From Candidatus Saccharimonadota bacterium (GTDB lineage Bacteria; Bacteroidota; Bacteroidia; Flavobacteriales; Blattabacteriaceae), in assembly GCF_014252415.1 (NCBI RefSeq), contig NZ_CP059223.1, positions 450,001 to 482,000 on the forward strand: a stretch of 32,000 nucleotides of DNA. Direction: 5' to 3'. Each line of letters begins with the position of its first letter. The stretch's first letter is position 1. The translations under genes and the position numbers were made by a program. Under the pieces are notes generated by a model, which did no database searches, was not told the origin of the DNA, and saw nothing but the letters and a program-made list of their open reading frames with translations. Shown piece after piece: positions 28,202 through 32,000 of the stretch.

Positions 28202-29203
28202 ATGAATACCATTTTAATAGGAAAAAATCAAAAAAAAATTCGTATAGATCAATTTATAAAAAATAAAATTCATCACATTAGTAGAAATCAAATACAAAAA
28301 TATATTAAAATGGGATACATTCTAGTTAATAAACGTATTATAAATAATAATTATATAATTCAACCATATGATCATATTAAAATTGATATACCATTAAAAA
28401 CTCCAATAAAAAAATTAAATTTTATTTCAGAAAAAATTGATATAAATATTATACATGAAGATGATGATATTTTAATTATAAATAAACCATCTGGTATGGT
28501 AGTTCATCCAGGATATGGTAACGAATCTGGTACGTTAATTAACGGTATTAAATATTACTTAAATTCAAAATGTTCAAATTTATATAGATGTGGATTAGTA
28601 CATAGGTTAGATAAAGATACTTCAGGTATATTGGTTGTAGCAAAAAATAATAAATCTCAAAAAAATTTAATAAAACAATTTTTTTATAGAAAAATTCACA
28701 GAGAATATATAGCTCTAGTATGGGGTAAAATTCCAAAAAAATGTGGTATAATTAATGGTTTTATTAAAAGAAATCCAAAAGATAGAAAAAAAATGATTAA
28801 TAGTAATTTTGATAATTACGGTAAATACTCCATAACTTATTATAATGTTATAGAAAGATTTAATAAATATTTAACATATGTTTCCTGTAAATTAGGAACC
28901 GGTAGAACTCATCAAATAAGAGTACATTTTAAATATATAGGACATCCTATTTTTAATGATTCTGTTTATAATAAAAGAAAATTTTTTTTTAAAAAAATGT
29001 CTAAAAAATATAAAATTTTTTTCAAAAAATGTTTTAAAATTTTATCAAAACAAGCTTTACATGCAGTGTCCATATCATTAATTCATCCAAATAATGGAAA
29101 AAAATGTTATTTTTATTGTCCAATACCAAACGATCTAAAAAAAGTATTAAAATTCTGTAGAGATTTTTTCCATTATAATAATATTCCATGTAATATAAAA
29201 TAA
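28202..29203 (+). CDS. rluD: RluA/RluD-family 23S rRNA pseudouridine synthase
   Basis: 333-aa ORF with an N-terminal S4-like domain (RIDQFI...SRNQIQKYIKMGYILVN), the catalytic motif HRLDKDTSG, and TGRTHQIRVH. Confidence 0.9.
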   Translation: MNTILIGKNQKKIRIDQFIKNKIHHISRNQIQKYIKMGYILVNKRIINNNYIIQPYDHIKIDIPLKTPIKKLNFISEKIDINIIHEDDDILIINKPSGMVVHPGYGNESGTLINGIKYYLNSKCSNLYRCGLVHRLDKDTSGILVVAKNNKSQKNLIKQFFYRKIHREYIALVWGKIPKKCGIINGFIKRNPKDRKKMINSNFDNYGKYSITYYNVIERFNKYLTYVSCKLGTGRTHQIRVHFKYIGHPIFNDSVYNKRKFFFKKMSKKYKIFFKKCFKILSKQALHAVSISLIHPNNGKKCYFYCPIPNDLKKVLKFCRDFFHYNNIPCNIK

Positions 29204-30528
29204 GATATAGAAAAATATATAATTAATCCAATTACGTCTACTAACGTAGCTACAAATGGTGCAGATGAACTAGCTGGGTCCCCCCCAAATTTTTTTATAA
29301 TAAATGGTAACATAGAACCACTAAATGTACCCCAAGAAACTACTCCTATTAAAGATAAAAATATAGTAATACCAATTAAAATCCAATGATATCCATAATT
29401 AAATAATTTCATATTATGCCATATAATAATTCGTAAAAACCCTGTAAAACCTAAAATAACTCCCAAAAAAAAACCACAAATAATTTCTCTTCTCATAACT
29501 ATCCACCAATCTTTCATTTTAATTTCTTCTAAAGCCATTGCCTGAATAATTAAACTAGAAGCTTGAGATCCACTATTTCCTCCACTAGATACAACTAAAG
29601 GAATAAATAAAGATAATATGATTGCTTTTTCTATAAAAGTTGAAAATTCTTGCATGACCGTTGTAGTAAGCATTTCCCCTATAAAAAGAAGTATCAACCA
29701 TCTTGCTCTTTTTTTAATCAATTTATACAAAGAAATATTTAAATATGATTGATTTATTACTTCCATTCCCCCCATTTTTTGTAAATCTTCTCTATAATTT
29801 TCATTAAAAATCCATAAAATATCATCAATAGTAACGATTCCTAATAAATAATTTTGATCATCTACAACAGGTAAAGATGTCCTATTATTCATATAAAAAA
29901 TTTTAGTAGCTTCTTCTTCTGTATCAGTTACTTTTAATACATCAGTATATTTTCCATCCATTAATTCATAAACTTTTGTATTTGGATCTACTAATAAAAA
30001 TTTTCCTATTTTAATATCATCTATTAATTTTCCATAATTATCTATTATATAAATAATTTCTATTATATTACTATTTTTAATTTCTTTTCTTATGGAATCT
30101 AATACTTTTTTTACCGTCCAATTTTTTTTTGCCTCTATATGATATGGTACCATTAATCTCCCCACACTATTTTCAGGATATCCTAAAGATATCAATGTTT
30201 TTTTTTTTTCTTCAGGATTTAAATATTTAATTAGATATTTTAAAAAATCTTTGGGAAGATCTTCTAAAAAAGAAACACGATCATCTACTGATAGATTATT
30301 TAAAAATTCTTTTCTTTTTATTGAATGAATTTTTTCTATAAAAATTTTTTTTATAGGAAAATCTAATACTCTAAATACAGATCTTGCTTTACAATCATTT
30401 AATAAATTAAATATATTGACTATATCATCTGTATGATCATGTATTAATTTTACTAATAGACTAATAGTTAAACTATTCAAATAGTTTCTATTTAAAAAAT
30501 TATTTTTATATTCATTTTCATTAAACAT
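29173..30528 (-). CDS. mgtE: Magnesium transporter MgtE
   Basis: 451-aa ORF with an N-terminal MgtE-N domain, tandem CBS domains (VVDDQNYLLGIVTIDDIL) and a 5-TM C-terminal channel domain (SGGNSGSQASSL, DPASSSAPFVATLVD). Confidence 0.93.
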   Translation of the reverse strand: MFNENEYKNNFLNRNYLNSLTISLLVKLIHDHTDDIVNIFNLLNDCKARSVFRVLDFPIKKIFIEKIHSIKRKEFLNNLSVDDRVSFLEDLPKDFLKYLIKYLNPEEKKKTLISLGYPENSVGRLMVPYHIEAKKNWTVKKVLDSIRKEIKNSNIIEIIYIIDNYGKLIDDIKIGKFLLVDPNTKVYELMDGKYTDVLKVTDTEEEATKIFYMNNRTSLPVVDDQNYLLGIVTIDDILWIFNENYREDLQKMGGMEVINQSYLNISLYKLIKKRARWLILLFIGEMLTTTVMQEFSTFIEKAIILSLFIPLVVSSGGNSGSQASSLIIQAMALEEIKMKDWWIVMRREIICGFFLGVILGFTGFLRIIIWHNMKLFNYGYHWILIGITIFLSLIGVVSWGTFSGSMLPFIIKKFGGDPASSSAPFVATLVDVIGLIIYFSISYFILHGILL

Positions 30529-30617
30529 TTTTATATTTTTTTAATATTGTTTTATATTATAATACAAATAAATATTATACATATTTTATAAAAATATTGT
30601 AACTAATTATTAGTAAA

Positions 30618-32000
30618 ATGGAATACAATTTTAAAGAAATTGAAAAAAAATGGAGAAAATATTGGAAAAAAAATAATACATTTCGTATAAAAGAGAATCA
30701 AAATAAAAAATATTATATTTTAAATATGTTTCCTTATCCATCTGGATCTGGATTACATATAGGACATTGTTTAGGATATATATCATCAGATATTTATGCA
30801 AGATATAAGCGATTAAAAGGATATAATGTTTTAAATCCAATGGGATTCGATTCATTTGGATTACCTACAGAACAATATGCCATACAAACTGGAAAAAATC
30901 CATATGATATAACTTATGAAAATGAAAAAAAATATAAAGATCAAATAGATAACATAGGTATATCATTTGATTGGAGTAGAAAATTAAGTACTAGTAACCC
31001 AATGTATTATCGATGGACTCAATGGATGTTTATACAAATTTTTAATTCATGGTATGATTTAAAAGACGAAAAAGCTAAACCTATAAAAAACTTAATTAAT
31101 GAATTTGAAAAAAATGGAAACTACAAAATAAATGCATATACTTCATATAATATAAAATTCCATTCAGAAACATGGAAAAATTATAATTCTTTAAAAAAAG
31201 AAACTATTCTTCAATATTATAGATTAGCATTTTTACAAAAAAGTATAGTTAATTGGTGTAATGAATTGGGAACTGTGTTAGCTAATGATGAAATAAATAA
31301 TGGAAAAAGTATAAGAGGTGGACATCCTATATATAAAAAAAAAATGTTACAATGGCATATTAGAACAACTGCTTATTCAAATAGACTTATTAAAGGATTA
31401 AATTATATAAAATGTTCTAAATCTTTAAAAAAATCACAATTAAATTGGATTGGTAAATCTAAAGTAATTTCAATATTTTTTGATATATTAAATATAGGTA
31501 AAATAGAAACTATCATCTTATATCCTGAACTTATATTTGGGATAACATTTATCACATTATCAAAAAATCATTTTATTTCAAAAAAAATTTTTTACAAAAA
31601 AAATTTTCATATAGACAATAATTTAAAATTTATTGAAAATAGTGTATTTACAAATTATTATGCAATACATCCTATTACAAATGAAAAAATCCCTATTTTC
31701 ATTAGTGATTTTTTTTATATAAACAATAATAATAAAGTTTATTTAGGAATACCTGGACATGACAAAATAAGTAAAACATTTTCTTCAAAATTAAATATAA
31801 AAACAATTAATGTATTAAAATACCAAATTGAAAAAAAAAATGAAGTATGTATTAATTCTAATTTAATAAATGGATTAAATAGAAAAGAAGCAAAAATAAA
31901 AATAATAGATTTTTTATTAGAAAAAGGAATAGGAAAAATGAAAATAATTTATAAAATGTACGACGCTGTTTTTTCTAGACAAAGATATTGGGGAGAACCA
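30618..32000 (+). CDS. leuS: Leucine--tRNA ligase (5' partial, runs off the right edge)
   Basis: This ORF is not in the supplied track because no stop occurs in the window. My own translation from the ATG at 30618 gives MEYNFKEIEKKWRKYWKKNNTF...MFPYPSGSGLHIGHCLGYISSDIYARYKRLKGYNVLNPMGFDSFGLPTEQYA (HIGH motif). It is still in frame at 32000 with ...FSRQRYWGEP, a LeuS signature. Confidence 0.95.
   Translation, partial: MEYNFKEIEKKWRKYWKKNNTFRIKENQNKKYYILNMFPYPSGSGLHIGHCLGYISSDIYARYKRLKGYNVLNPMGFDSFGLPTEQYAIQTGKNPYDITYENEKKYKDQIDNIGISFDWSRKLSTSNPMYYRWTQWMFIQIFNSWYDLKDEKAKPIKNLINEFEKNGNYKINAYTSYNIKFHSETWKNYNSLKKETILQYYRLAFLQKSIVNWCNELGTVLANDEINNGKSIRGGHPIYKKKMLQWHIRTTAYSNRLIKGLNYIKCSKSLKKSQLNWIGKSKVISIFFDILNIGKIETIILYPELIFGITFITLSKNHFISKKIFYKKNFHIDNNLKFIENSVFTNYYAIHPITNEKIPIFISDFFYINNNNKVYLGIPGHDKISKTFSSKLNIKTINVLKYQIEKKNEVCINSNLINGLNRKEAKIKIIDFLLEKGIGKMKIIYKMYDAVFSRQRYWGEP

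Noticed and set aside
27121-28212. Four minus-strand ORFs across the repeat arrays (27121..27858, 27405..27596, 27837..28088, 27880..28212) encoding LYFLALYSLY... or RFILCISL... periodic peptides.
   Set aside because: They stay open only because the 24-bp unit has no stop codon in those frames. They have no independent start or context signals and mirror the forward repeat. The forward frame is contiguous with a recognisable PASTA-domain gene.
1-32000. Searched for mobile elements, prophage remnants, toxin-antitoxin pairs, restriction-modification or other defence systems, rRNA, tmRNA/RNase P-like G+C islands, and riboswitches such as FMN upstream of ribD.
   Set aside because: None was found. 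Every sizeable ORF has a housekeeping assignment. Apart from 3908..4492, the intergenic gaps are too short (0-104 nt) to hold such elements. ribD has only 29 nt upstream. The only structured-RNA-like G+C island is the tRNA-Val.

Overview
By eye this window is extremely AT-rich (roughly 20% G+C) and very tightly packed. Its gene content and local synteny match a reduced-genome Flavobacteriia insect endosymbiont (Blattabacterium-like), an inference I could not check against a database. Examples are sdhC-sdhA, the ferredoxin/acyl-CoA reductase pair, DUF4290-murA, feoA-feoB plus a small Cys-rich ORF, and ddl/PASTA/rluD. I can support 31 protein-coding genes, one of them partial at the right edge, and one tRNA. 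Almost all are housekeeping: TCA/respiration, cofactor synthesis, DNA repair helicases, cell wall, translation and Fe/Mg/divalent-cation transport. Genes frequently abut or overlap, including convergent 3' overlaps of 6-36 nt. I found no rRNA, CRISPR array, transposase, integrase, phage, toxin-antitoxin or defence-like genes, and no multi-gene novel system. The one clearly unusual locus is the PASTA-domain gene at 26343..28175. Its C-terminal half consists of two adjacent in-frame tandem-repeat arrays: 42 bp x ~3.8 copies, then 24 bp x ~34 copies encoding a lysine-rich QGNTKNK[T/A/S] octapeptide. The arrays also form a local CpG/G+C island in a genome that otherwise almost lacks CpG. Secondary oddities are a 585-bp, almost pure A/T spacer (3908..4492) holding a 20-nt perfect direct repeat, a feoA gene with no ATG codon, a small FeoB-associated Cys-rich ORF overlapping the feoB 3' end, and many in-frame A/T homopolymers of 11 or more nt inside conserved genes.
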